From: a virus
IMG/VR virus record: IMGVR_UViG_3300019766_000003
Strand: one strand, 5' to 3'
DNA length: 41,502 nt
Part shown: in pieces, positions 1-9,900 of the stretch
How positions within the stretch are numbered: position 1 is the stretch's first letter
How the letters are laid out: every line of letters starts with the position of its first letter
The notes under the pieces: model-generated
What the model saw: only the letters and a program-made list of their open reading frames with translations
Databases searched by the model: none
What the model was told of the DNA's origin: nothing
Translations under genes and position numbers: made by a program

Positions 1-123
1 ATTAGCCAGTACCCACAGTTTGCCATTTATAAACATTTAGAATAAAGTGTATCAAAAGTTGACCGGAGGATTATATGGCACTTGTTGTCGGAACAGATAC
101 ATATGCAGACGTTGCAACCGTAG
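1..123. repeat. Terminal direct repeat, copy 1 (identical to 41380-41502). Either a circular-assembly overlap or a short DTR.
   Basis: Direct comparison: attagccagtacccacagtttgcc...gttgcaaccgtag occurs at both window ends, 123/123 identical. Confidence 0.95.
20..48 (+). promoter_or_regulatory. Candidate sigma70-like promoter for the head-tail/tail operon (TTGCCA-17 nt-TAAAGT). A second copy lies at 41399-41427.
   Basis: Hexamers read directly. It lies ~27 nt upstream of the GGAGG RBS and ATG at 75, and follows a 550 bp non-coding region. Confidence 0.3.
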
Positions 124-542
124 ATGCATACCATACACGATATGGTAATTCTACATGGACTGGTACAGAGGCTGAAAAAGAACAAGCTATCTTACGAGCT
201 ATGCAATTCATTGAGCAAAAAACATATATCGGCACAAAAGCAACGCAAGAGCAGTCTCTAGAGTGGCCTAGAATTGATGCTTACGACCGTAACGGATACG
301 AGATCGAAGGAGTTCCGCAGGGCGTTATAGATGCTCTTTGTCAGACTTCATTGAAGGAGCTTTTAGAGCCTAACGTAACTCTCGCCGTTAGAACTGGGCA
401 GAATATCAAAAAGAAAAAGATCGATGTTCTTGAGACTGAATACTTTGAAGGCATACCATCCGCTCCTGTCTATACAGATATCAACGCTTCATTGCGTGGG
501 CTAGTTGTCAGCTCAACTTCAGCAAAGGTGATCAGGGTTTAG
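75..542 (+). CDS. Head-tail connector/adaptor protein (gp6-like)
   Basis: GGAGG RBS. The N-terminus MALVVGTDTYADVATVDAYH...AILRAMQFIE resembles gp6-like head-tail connector proteins. First gene of the neck/tail block. Confidence 0.55.
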   Translation: MALVVGTDTYADVATVDAYHTRYGNSTWTGTEAEKEQAILRAMQFIEQKTYIGTKATQEQSLEWPRIDAYDRNGYEIEGVPQGVIDALCQTSLKELLEPNVTLAVRTGQNIKKKKIDVLETEYFEGIPSAPVYTDINASLRGLVVSSTSAKVIRV

Positions 543-543
543 T

Positions 544-921
544 ATGACAAAGTACGCCCAAGAGATAGAAGACGCATACAACGACCTTAAAGACGCTGGC
601 GTTGAAATGCTTTTAGCTGTTGAGACACAAGGCACATACGACCCGGCAGAATGCATTACTGGGCCATCAACAACGGTGGAATATCCTACATATGGGATAT
701 GGAAAAAAAAGAACATCCAGTCAGCCGGAGATTCATACTTGAACGGCACGCTAATCGCAAGCGGCGACAAGTTCGCACTCATTGCAGCCAAAGGGCTAAC
801 TGTAAGACCTGTTGCTGGGGATAGGCTCAAGGTGTCGGGTGTTGAATACGAGATTCTTAACTCAAAGGCACTTGATCCAGACGACGAACCAATTCTGTTT
901 GATTTGCATGTGAGAAGATGA
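544..921 (+). CDS. Putative head-closure / head-tail adaptor protein
   Basis: Tightly coupled to the previous gene. The C-terminal pattern GDRLKVSGVEYEILNSKALDPD..LFDLHVRR resembles SPP1-type head-tail adaptors. Position is consistent. Confidence 0.4.
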   Translation: MTKYAQEIEDAYNDLKDAGVEMLLAVETQGTYDPAECITGPSTTVEYPTYGIWKKKNIQSAGDSYLNGTLIASGDKFALIAAKGLTVRPVAGDRLKVSGVEYEILNSKALDPDDEPILFDLHVRR

Positions 922-1331
922 TGCCTAAAAAAACAAATTTCAGCCTCGACATATCAAACTTCGCAAAGAAGACAGGACTAAACATAGACACGGTGGTGCG
1001 GAGGTTCACCCTTGAGATATTTTCAGATGTCATATTGCTAACACCTGTCGATACTGGGAGAGCCAGAGGCTCATGGACTGTAGGCGCGTACACATTGCCA
1101 GCAGCATACAATGACGGTGAAGATAAATCTGGCTCTGAGGCTATCGGCAAGGCGACAACCGCAGTGTTAGGGTCTGATCCTGGAAGAAGCGTGTTTCTAG
1201 CGTCCAATTTGATATACATGCCTCCGCTTGAGTATGGATCAAGTCAGAAAGCTCCGCGGGGAATGGTGAGAATCACACTCGCAAAAGCACAACAAACAAT
1301 TGACGGTGTAGTAAAAGAGGTTGTTAGATGA
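918..1331 (+). CDS. HK97 gp10-like neck / tail-completion protein
   Basis: ATGA start/stop overlap. The motif NLIYMPPLEYGSSQKAPRGMV is typical of the HK97 gp10 family. Confidence 0.55.
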   Translation: MMPKKTNFSLDISNFAKKTGLNIDTVVRRFTLEIFSDVILLTPVDTGRARGSWTVGAYTLPAAYNDGEDKSGSEAIGKATTAVLGSDPGRSVFLASNLIYMPPLEYGSSQKAPRGMVRITLAKAQQTIDGVVKEVVR

Positions 1332-1735
1332 GTAGTCAGCTCGAAATAACTAAAGCATTCACAACGCATTTATCAACGTTTGTAAACGACTGGCCTGTAT
1401 CATGGCCTAATGTTGACTTTTCAAACACGGCAGAAAGTTTTTTAGAGATGTTCTTTTTACCAGCGGACACGAATCAGGCGACACTGGGAACCGCTGGCGT
1501 TAACGAGGACACTGGTATTGTGCAAGTCAATGTCATGTATGTGGAAAAAAACGGGACTAAAGATCCGTACACGAAGGCAGACGAATTGATTGAGCACTTT
1601 AAGCGAGGAACGATATTAACAAGTGGAGCGGTCTCGGTGACAATAACAAAGGCGACAATAGCCCCACCGCAGACTTTAGATACACATTATCAAATCCCTG
1701 TTAGCATTTATTACAGGGCATACACTGAGAACTAG
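1328..1735 (+). CDS. Tail terminator-like protein
   Basis: ATGA overlap. Its position is immediately upstream of the tube protein. WPVSWPNVDF...FLEMFFLPAD resembles tail-terminator-like (DUF4128-type) proteins. Confidence 0.4.
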   Translation: MSSQLEITKAFTTHLSTFVNDWPVSWPNVDFSNTAESFLEMFFLPADTNQATLGTAGVNEDTGIVQVNVMYVEKNGTKDPYTKADELIEHFKRGTILTSGAVSVTITKATIAPPQTLDTHYQIPVSIYYRAYTEN

Positions 1736-1743
1736 GGGGAACT

Positions 1744-2649
1744 ATGGCTTTTGCTAGCGGCTCATTCCACGGGCTTCAATACATTGAGGAAGTGACTTTC
1801 GGGACAACTCCTTTGACTCCTGAAATGACATCCTTGCGCCACACTGGTGCCGGGCTTGTGCTTTCAAAGAACTCTTTTCAGTCGGCAGAACTGAGAAGCG
1901 ACAGACAGATTTCAGACTTGAGACACGGTACAAAACAGGTTGGCGGACCAATTGACGTTGAAATGTCTTACGGTGAATTTGATGCTTTTCTTGAGGCTGC
2001 GTTGTTTGGCACATGGGCTACAGATGTGCTTAAAGCAGGCACTACAGAAAAGTTTTTCACAATTGAACGCTTATTCTCTGACATTGCTCAATACGGGGTT
2101 TTTACTGGCTGCATGGTAAATTCTTTCAGTATGAACGTTGTTCCAGATGGTATTGTGACGGCGACATTTGACGTTGTTGGCAAGGGTGCCTCATACTCTG
2201 GAACACCGCTTGATGCCACGCCCACAGCGTCGCAGGCAAATAGCCCATTTGACTCCTTTTCAGGTGTATTGAAAGAGGGCGGCGTTACTATTGGTGTTGT
2301 GACTGGCTTTGATATGACGCTCGATAACGGTCTTGCCGCTCAGTTTGTTGTTGGTAGCGACGAAACGCCAGCAATTACAAACGGTCGCTCCAACTTGACC
2401 GGAAATGTTACAGCATTCTTTGAAAACGCAACCCTGCTGAATAAATTTATCAATGAAACAGAGTCAAGCCTTGAGTTTACGCTGGGGGATGGCGTTTCAA
2501 ACAGTTACACCATTCTTATTCCTCGCCTAAAGTATTCCGGCGGCGACAACACAGTGACAGACGAAGGTCCGGTAACTATCTCCATGCCTTTTCAGGCCCT
2601 GCTTGATGGCGTAACTGGAACAAACATTCAGATTACAAGGATTCCATAG
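1744..2649 (+). CDS. Major tail tube protein
   Basis: 301 aa ORF directly upstream of the chaperone pair and tape measure. RBS gggggaact-ATG. This is the canonical siphovirus gene order. Confidence 0.65.
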   Translation: MAFASGSFHGLQYIEEVTFGTTPLTPEMTSLRHTGAGLVLSKNSFQSAELRSDRQISDLRHGTKQVGGPIDVEMSYGEFDAFLEAALFGTWATDVLKAGTTEKFFTIERLFSDIAQYGVFTGCMVNSFSMNVVPDGIVTATFDVVGKGASYSGTPLDATPTASQANSPFDSFSGVLKEGGVTIGVVTGFDMTLDNGLAAQFVVGSDETPAITNGRSNLTGNVTAFFENATLLNKFINETESSLEFTLGDGVSNSYTILIPRLKYSGGDNTVTDEGPVTISMPFQALLDGVTGTNIQITRIP

Positions 2650-2999
2650 TGGATATTAGCAGATTTGATACAACTGGAACAGTTGATTTTAAGCCAGTTC
2701 ATCCTGTGACGGGTGAAGGAATAGATGACATCGTGCTTACAATCGTCAGCGTAGAGTCAAGACCAAAAGCAACGCATACGCAACTTGACATTATGAACAC
2801 TCCGACTGCCCAAATGAATAGAAGGGCGGCTTCTGAGTGCCTTGTTGGATGGTCCGGGATAGAGTTAGATGGAAAAGTTCTCGAATGCTCCGAAGACAAC
2901 AGGGTAAAGCTGTTTGACACATGCCCCTGGGTCGTTAACCAGATTTGCGCCAAGGCAAGAGACTTGTCCAATTTTTTGCCAAAAGACGAAGAGAACTAG
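2649..2999 (+). CDS. Tail assembly chaperone (G-like, zero-frame product)
   Basis: GTG start overlapping the tube stop (TAGTG). 116 aa ORF immediately before the tape measure, with a slippery heptamer near its 3' end. Confidence 0.7.
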   Translation: MDISRFDTTGTVDFKPVHPVTGEGIDDIVLTIVSVESRPKATHTQLDIMNTPTAQMNRRAASECLVGWSGIELDGKVLECSEDNRVKLFDTCPWVVNQICAKARDLSNFLPKDEEN

Positions 3000-3337
3000 C
3001 AGAAGCCGTAAAGCTCTTTGTCGAAATGAATACCCCCGATGACAAGGGGGTTACGGCATTAAAAACATTTGAACAGGTTGAAAAGACGAATCTGCAATTG
3101 AACATTGATCCAGCAGCGCCGGAAAAGCTCTTACAGTACAGATGTGTCGTTTCTGGAGTGCAAAACAAGCCTGAATGGTTGTTGTTCTGGGATGTGCGAA
3201 CAACAATACCGTCGAACGAGCCAATAAGGATGAGTGAATTAATGGCATATCGCGACATGATGCAAGTTGAGATGACACAGCACGACGTTGCTGCGATCCG
3301 AACAATGGATATAGCGCATAGGCAAGGCAAGAAATGA
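2649..3337 (+). CDS. Tail assembly chaperone frameshift fusion (GT-like). Zero frame to 2978, then -1 frame 2978-3337.
   Basis: The ORF 2945-3337 is in the -1 frame relative to 2649-2999 and overlaps it by 55 nt. It ends in an ATGA overlap with the tape-measure start. Confidence 0.6.
2972..2978 (+). promoter_or_regulatory. Programmed -1 ribosomal frameshift slippery heptamer T_TTT_TTG
   Basis: In the zero frame the codons read aaT TTT TTG, which is X_XXY_YYZ. The -1 frame continues open as AKRRRELAEAVKLF... to 3337. Confidence 0.6.
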
Positions 3338-5634
3338 CAGATATTGCAAGACTAGGCATAGAAGTCGATAGTTCTGATGTGAATAAGGGTACAAAATCAC
3401 TAAAGAGCCTAGAAAGCCAAAGCAGAAAAACAGAGAAGGCCGCGGACAGCGTAGCAAGTTCATTCAATGGGTTTGGCGCTGCAGTTGGCGCTGTTGTTGG
3501 TGCGTTAGCGATTCAAGAGGTCGTCGAGTTCAGCGGTACTCTCATCAATGCCGCAAGCGATGCCGAAGAGACGCAAAACAAGTTTTCTGTTGTATTTGGT
3601 AGCATCAAAGACGAGGCTGAGGGGGCTGCGTCTGCGCTTTCCGAGTTCTACGGCATGTCCGAGGAAGGCAGTAAAGCCGCTCTTGCCGGGGTTGGCGATT
3701 TGCTCACCGGGCTTGGACTTCAGCAAGACGCAGCTTTGGACCTGGCAAAACAGACTGTTCAGCTCGGTACAGACCTTGCCTCTTTTACAAACTTCTCAGG
3801 CGGGGCAGTAGGTGCAACAGATGCACTCACTAAAGCCATGCTTGGCGAGACAGAAGCAGCGAAGGCCCTAGGCCTTGTCCTGAACGAAACCCAGATGCAA
3901 GCCTATTCAGAGCGCTTGGGGCTTGTGTGGAAAGACCTGACAATAGCAGAGAAGGCACAATTACGTCTTAATGCAGCAATAGAGCAAAGCCCTAATGCAA
4001 TTGGAGACTTTGCAAGGTCGAGTAAAGAGCTTGCGAACCAAATGCGCATACTTGACGCAATTGTCGATGACTTATCTGTCTCTGTAGGTAAGGGATTAAA
4101 AGACTCTGCACTTGAAGGCGTTTCAGGCATAACTGGAGCAAGGTCAGAAATTAAAGAGCTTGGCGAAATTGTCGGCTCTCTACTAAACAGCAACTTGTCT
4201 GGTATGTTGTCTCTATTTAAAGACTCTCAAACTGGCGCAATATCGCTCGCAGGATCAATAAACACGCTCAGCAAAGACGTTGTTGTAATAAACGGACAGA
4301 TAAAAATCCTTGGCAACTCAATAGAGCTTGTTTTTGTAGATACCGTTTTAACTGCTGTCGATGCGATATCTTCCGTCCTTGACGTTACAAAGCAGCTTGG
4401 TGCAGCTCTGGGAGCGTTGGCATCTTTTGACTTTGGCGGAACTGGTGACGAGCTTTCAAAGATAGGTGAAATCTCACGATCATTTGGCACAGACACTGTA
4501 GAGAGATTTACCGGAGACATTAACGACCTAAAAGACGGTCTTGATGCTGCCCTTGATCCTGCCAGCAAGATAAAAGAAGAGATAGACGGAATAAACGAAG
4601 CGTCCGCAAGGGCCGCAGAATCTGTTAAGGACTCTGCCGACATTATGGCAGAGCTTGCCAAAAGTACATCAAGCGCAGAAGAACCAACAAAAGAATACTC
4701 TAAGGCCCTTGAACGCGTTCGAGACGCCATTGCAAAAATAACATTAACAACTTCAGAGTACCAGCAATACCAATTAGATAAGACATTTGAGAGAGAGGCT
4801 AGCGTTTTAGGCAAGAACAACGCAGAGCTTCAAAAATACTACTCGATACAAAAAAACATAATCCAATTTAAAAAAGGATTTGCAGATGCTGGGCTTGACG
4901 ACTCTTTCACGGCTAGAAAGCTTGAAGAGGAGCAAGCTTTCAACAAGGCAATAATCCAGCTCAGGGAAGACGAAGTAGAAGCCGCAAAAAAGGCAGTTGA
5001 AGAAGAGGTAAAGGCTCAAGAAAAAGCACTTAACACTCTTCGTTCAAATGTCGAATCAGTGACAAGCAACATAGGCGACGCTTTTGCAGATATGGCGACC
5101 ACTGGGAAGTTTGAGTTTGAAAGCATGGTTGATTCTATAATTGCAGACTTGGCACGGATTGCAGCACAGAGAGCGATAACAGAACCGCTAACGAGCGCTT
5201 TTTCAAGCATTGGCGGAAGTATATTTTCTGGCTTCTTCCATGGCGGCGGCGTTGTTGGAGCAGACTCGCCTTCTAAGACTGCCGATGTAAGCGCATTAGC
5301 ATTTTCAGGTGCGACAAGATATCATTCTGGCGGAATTGCAGGTTTGTCACCCAACGAGGTCCCGGCAGTCTTAATGCGTGGTGAGGAAGTCCTGACACAA
5401 AGCGACCCACGACACAGAGACAACTTTTCAGGGTCTGGCGGTGTAGAGGTCAATGTTTACAATCAAGCAGACGGGACAACTGCGACAGCTGCGGCGACAC
5501 GCACAGCTGGTGGTGGACAGCGAATAGATGTAATAGTAAAAAGAATTGTTGCGAACGACGTTTTAAACAATGGAATGGTTGGGCGAGCTATTCAGAACGC
5601 AAACGGGCTACAATCGCCGACAAGGGGTAGATAA
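3334..5634 (+). CDS. Tape measure protein
   Basis: 766 aa, Ala/Gly/Leu-rich N-terminal half, long coiled-coil middle. Positioned after the chaperone pair. Confidence 0.85.
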   Translation: MTDIARLGIEVDSSDVNKGTKSLKSLESQSRKTEKAADSVASSFNGFGAAVGAVVGALAIQEVVEFSGTLINAASDAEETQNKFSVVFGSIKDEAEGAASALSEFYGMSEEGSKAALAGVGDLLTGLGLQQDAALDLAKQTVQLGTDLASFTNFSGGAVGATDALTKAMLGETEAAKALGLVLNETQMQAYSERLGLVWKDLTIAEKAQLRLNAAIEQSPNAIGDFARSSKELANQMRILDAIVDDLSVSVGKGLKDSALEGVSGITGARSEIKELGEIVGSLLNSNLSGMLSLFKDSQTGAISLAGSINTLSKDVVVINGQIKILGNSIELVFVDTVLTAVDAISSVLDVTKQLGAALGALASFDFGGTGDELSKIGEISRSFGTDTVERFTGDINDLKDGLDAALDPASKIKEEIDGINEASARAAESVKDSADIMAELAKSTSSAEEPTKEYSKALERVRDAIAKITLTTSEYQQYQLDKTFEREASVLGKNNAELQKYYSIQKNIIQFKKGFADAGLDDSFTARKLEEEQAFNKAIIQLREDEVEAAKKAVEEEVKAQEKALNTLRSNVESVTSNIGDAFADMATTGKFEFESMVDSIIADLARIAAQRAITEPLTSAFSSIGGSIFSGFFHGGGVVGADSPSKTADVSALAFSGATRYHSGGIAGLSPNEVPAVLMRGEEVLTQSDPRHRDNFSGSGGVEVNVYNQADGTTATAAATRTAGGGQRIDVIVKRIVANDVLNNGMVGRAIQNANGLQSPTRGR

Positions 5635-5996
5635 TGGCGTTTACTTATTGGCCTTCAGGACTACCGCAAGCTTTCCAGAATGACGGGTATGGCGAGAGGT
5701 CCGCCGACAATACTATCGAGGCAAAGGTAGACCATGGACCCAGTCGTTTGAGAAGGGTTTCAACTGCGAATATGACACCAATTACAGGGACGTTCATTAT
5801 GAACGACGCCCAAAAAGAGCTTTTTGATACATTTTCTAAATCCGTTGAGGCTGGTTCATTTTGGTTTCCAAAGCCACTTGACGACACAAAGCAGGTTTAT
5901 GTTCGTATGCCAATGGATGGGATAAGCACTAGACGTAGCGGTCTTGAATGGGCTGTTTCTTTACGCTTGGAGGTCTGGCCTCATGCCGAGCAATAG
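5634..5996 (+). CDS. Minor tail protein (lambda gpM-like position)
   Basis: 120 aa with a TAATG overlap to the tape measure. First of four tip genes in lambda M-L-K-(I)J order. Confidence 0.45.
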   Translation: MAFTYWPSGLPQAFQNDGYGERSADNTIEAKVDHGPSRLRRVSTANMTPITGTFIMNDAQKELFDTFSKSVEAGSFWFPKPLDDTKQVYVRMPMDGISTRRSGLEWAVSLRLEVWPHAEQ

Positions 5997-6495
5997 TTTT
6001 GTAGAGGCTGTAAATAGGTCTGAAACCAACGAATGTTTTATTTTTTTAGCAGAAATAAACCACTCAGACTTGCAAGAGCCAATTTATCTATCTAGCGACG
6101 CAACCATTCTTTTGCGTTATGACGGGTCTTCAGGAAATCCAGTTTACGGTACGATTCACGACGAAAAAGAATGGCTTTACGCTCCATTTTCAATAGTTCT
6201 CCCAGACTCCCCGCAAGACGGAAAGCAGCCAGTTGCCGATGTTGAAATAGCGAACACAAGTTTTGACGTGGTCAGGGCTTTGCGTGAGATAAGAACATCT
6301 GCCGACGTAAGCTTGAAGGTCGTTTTATCAAGCGATCTTGAGAATGTTGAATACGACATCCCGAAGATGAAGCTAAACACAACAACCACAACAATGACAA
6401 AGATTCAGGGCAAGCTTGGAACGACCTACGCACTCGACGAACCTTGCCCAGCTGTAGATTTTACATCTGGAACTTTTCCTGCGCTGTTTTTATGA
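5983..6495 (+). CDS. Minor tail protein (gpL-like / DUF1833-like)
   Basis: The ATG at 5983 (MPSNSFVEAV...) overlaps the upstream stop. The track start at 5944 is less likely. Pattern FIFLAEINHSDL...YAPFSIVLPDSPQDG...VEIANTSFD. Confidence 0.5.
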   Translation: MPSNSFVEAVNRSETNECFIFLAEINHSDLQEPIYLSSDATILLRYDGSSGNPVYGTIHDEKEWLYAPFSIVLPDSPQDGKQPVADVEIANTSFDVVRALREIRTSADVSLKVVLSSDLENVEYDIPKMKLNTTTTTMTKIQGKLGTTYALDEPCPAVDFTSGTFPALFL

Positions 6496-6923
6496 TCTGG
6501 ACAAACAAATACATAGGGATACCCTTTGAACATCACGGCAGAAGCGCTGGTGGCATTGATTGTGCTGGCCTTGCTATTATGGTTTACAAGGCAGAACTGG
6601 GAATAACAATTCCTGACTGCCCATTTAGATATGATAAATACATGTTTACCAAAGCAAGGCGCGAGCTGTCCGAATACATGACAAACGGAATGAATTGTTT
6701 TATAGAAGTAAAAACGCCAAGAGAATTTGATGTAATCAAGTTTGGTTTTGGCGGAATCCCGTACCACGTTGGTGTATACGCAGGAAAAGGACGATTCATT
6801 CACAGCAGAGAGGGCGCACACGTTAGCATCGAGCAACTTGCAAGCCCTAAATGGTCAAAGAGAATAGTAGGTTATTACAGACATGAAGACAGAATACAAT
6901 CTTCCAGCATTGCACGCACCTAG
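6492..6923 (+). CDS. Tail-associated NlpC/P60 (C40) peptidase, gpK-like
   Basis: ATGA overlap at 6492. Catalytic Cys context GIDCAGLAIMVY and His context YHVGVYAGKGRFIHS. Confidence 0.8.
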   Translation: MIWTNKYIGIPFEHHGRSAGGIDCAGLAIMVYKAELGITIPDCPFRYDKYMFTKARRELSEYMTNGMNCFIEVKTPREFDVIKFGFGGIPYHVGVYAGKGRFIHSREGAHVSIEQLASPKWSKRIVGYYRHEDRIQSSSIART

Positions 6924-9900
6924 CGAAATAAAAAAAGACTCTGTAATAATCAGATTTAGAAAAGACCCGTTCCGGCCTGAAATTGACATATTTCACGGTC
7001 CGAGCGGGATTTCTGCTTTAGCGGCTTTGAGGATCGCTTTTCGCGCGAATGGTATTTCTACAGCAAGAATCTCTCAATATGCTGTCTTTGTGGATGGAGT
7101 TTACTGTAGCTATACAGACTTGCCTTTTATGGTGTTGTATGAAGATCAGGTCGTGCATGTTGCCGCAACTGTCCACGGTGGCGGCGGTGATGGCGGAAAG
7201 AATCCTATCACAACTATAATTTCATTAGCTGCAATTGCTATAGCGCCACAGTTCGGCACCTGGGCTGCTAATGGTATAGGATTTGATATTGGCGTAGGGC
7301 TTTCAGAGCTTGGTGTTGTAAACACTTTTGGTGCCCTTGAGGCCGTGCAGGGTATAGTTGGTGCAATCGCTGCAGGGGCTGTGGTCATGGGTGCTGGGAT
7401 GCTGTCCTCTGCTATTGCACCAGTATCAGCCCCTAGCGCCAACGGCATTTCAGGTCGTCCAACACAGGAAGAATCGAAAAAGCTCTGGTCAATTGACGGT
7501 TCGCGTAACAAGGTCGATCTGTATGGAGTTGTTCCGTTAGTAATTGGCAAAGTGCGATTCTCTCCAAGACTTGCAGCTGTTCCGTATTCATATTTGAAAG
7601 ACGAAGACAAGTTTTATAGGTATCTATATGTGGTGTCACTGGGAGACGTTCGCCTGTCAGGTTTTAAGATTGGAGACACTGCGCTGGAGACTTTTGAAGG
7701 TGTCACAAAGTTTGAGCATCAAGCGTGGTCTGGGGAAGCTTTGGAGTATTTTGACACTGCAATCAAAGAAGAGACTTTGTCAATTCTACTTAAACAGTCA
7801 TCGGGCTGGCAAACAAGGACAACTCCCCTAAAGACAACAAGGGCGAGCGTCGAGGTCACTTTTCAAACTGGCTTAGAAAAGATTGACAACAAAGGCAATG
7901 CAAACGAGCTTACTATTGATTTTGAAGTTCGATTTAGAGAGTTTGGCTCTGCTACTTGGGGCGCGTCTACGGCCTATTCAGTCACAAACAAAACTCGCAA
8001 TCCGTTTCGTCGTGGGTTTGAAATTGAGCTACCAAGCTCTGGTCAATGGGACATCTCTATTAGGCGCATAACTGAGGATCCAGACTATGAAGCCACCACA
8101 GAAACCACGCTTGACAAAGCCCACTGGACTGTATTGCGGTCTTTCACAGAGTACAAGTCAATTGATTACCGTGGGCGAAGGATGACCCTTGTAGAGCTTG
8201 AGATAAAGGCAAGCGACCAGTTGAGCGGGTCTATAGACGAATTTTCTTGTGTCTGCGAGTCGAAAGGACTTGTCACAGATGACTTTGGCAGCTGGACAGA
8301 GGCATACACATCTAATTGCGCCGCTCTTGCTGCGTACCTTATCCAGAACGGAGACGCTGTCGGAGAGGCAGAAGACAGAACAGAGATCGACCACATTGCA
8401 TACAAAGAATTTTATGATTGGTGCGAGCTGTATGGGTGGGAGTATAACTCTGTGATTACATCGCGACAATCAGTGAGAACTACAATGCACAACATACTTG
8501 CAGCTGGTAGAGCTAGCTACTTGTATAGCTTTGGTAGTGCATCCGGTCAGCACTCTGTTGTATTTGACGACCCATCCCAGCCAATAATTGACGCAATTAC
8601 ACCGCGTACCGCGTGGGGCTTTAGTGAGAGAAAAGAGTTTCTTTCAAAACCAATTGACGGGTTGCGATTCCGATTTATCAACGAAGAAAAAGACTATCAG
8701 GAAGACGAGAGAATTGTTTACGCTGACAATGTAGACGCAAGCAATGCTCAAAACGTCATTGAGTGGGAGCAGGATGGAGTTACAACACCCGATCTTGTGT
8801 ACAAGCATGGACGCCTGCGCCTTGCAGAGCTTGAACTTCGCCCCGCAGAATACACATTTAATACAGACTTTCGCTCTATTGCATACTCTCGCGGCAGTAG
8901 GATCAAGGCCGCATATGATGTCACATATTGGGGTATCGTTCAGGGGCGCGTGATGAAGGCCAGTGACGACGGTACATATATAACATCTATTGTTATTGAC
9001 GAAGAGTTCACCATGGAGACTGGTAAAAACTATCAGATTGAGATGATGGGTATGGGGCAATCTGAGACATATGCCGTTAACACTGTTGTCGGAACAGGAA
9101 GAGAACTTTTTTTCACAGCGCAAGTGCCGATTGCGAACGGACCTGTTTTTGACGACCTTGTTGGGCTTGGCGAGACAAGCAGAACAAGCGTCAATTTACT
9201 TGTAACGTCTGTGCAACCCGAAAGCGACATAACCGCAAGGATAACCGCAGTAGACGCAGCTGACAACCTCATGGATGCAATCAGTGGGCCAATACCTGCA
9301 TTTGACAGCAATATAACAGCTCCTAGCAGGGTATTTAAAGAAAAACCATCAACTCCAATAATCGAGTCTGTGCGCTCAGACGAATGGGCAATGCAAGTAA
9401 CATCTGGTGGAAATCTTGTCCCGAGAGTGCAAATAACTTTTTCTGTTCCAGCTGGTGGCGTCGAGGCTGTGACGACAGTTTGCTATGGTCGCAAGGTGGG
9501 CGAACAGGCATGGCTAACACTTGGTACGTCTGGGGCTGCCGACGGCGTTGTATACGCTAATGGAGTCGAAGAGGGTGCAGAGTATCAAATCAGGCTACAG
9601 GCGCAGACAAGACTAGGTGTTGCATCTGATTTTTCTGCCGTTACAAATGAGACTGTAGTCGGAAAGTCGACCCCACCACCGGACGTTTCAGCAGTGCAGT
9701 TTGTTGACGGGTACGTCACATGGCTCTACGAATCAACACCAATTGACTTTGCTGGATTTGAGGTCAGGTACTCCACTCTATCAACAGCAACATGGGACAA
9801 CTCCCTAGCTGCATCTGGAGGGTTAATACTAAATACAAAGTTTGACGCAAGATCGTACAACGGTGCGTTAACTTTTTTCGTCAAAGCCTATGATGTCGCT

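Noticed and set aside
2699-5210. Numerous minus-strand ORFs inside the chaperone and tape-measure genes (for example 2935-3330, 3051-3467, 4227-4820). Similar antisense ORFs lie inside the J-like gene, terL, portal and capsid genes.
   Set aside because: They are antisense to long, syntenic, motif-supported structural genes. They have no RBS, and their composition is typical of reverse-frame translation of Ala/Gly/Ser-rich genes.
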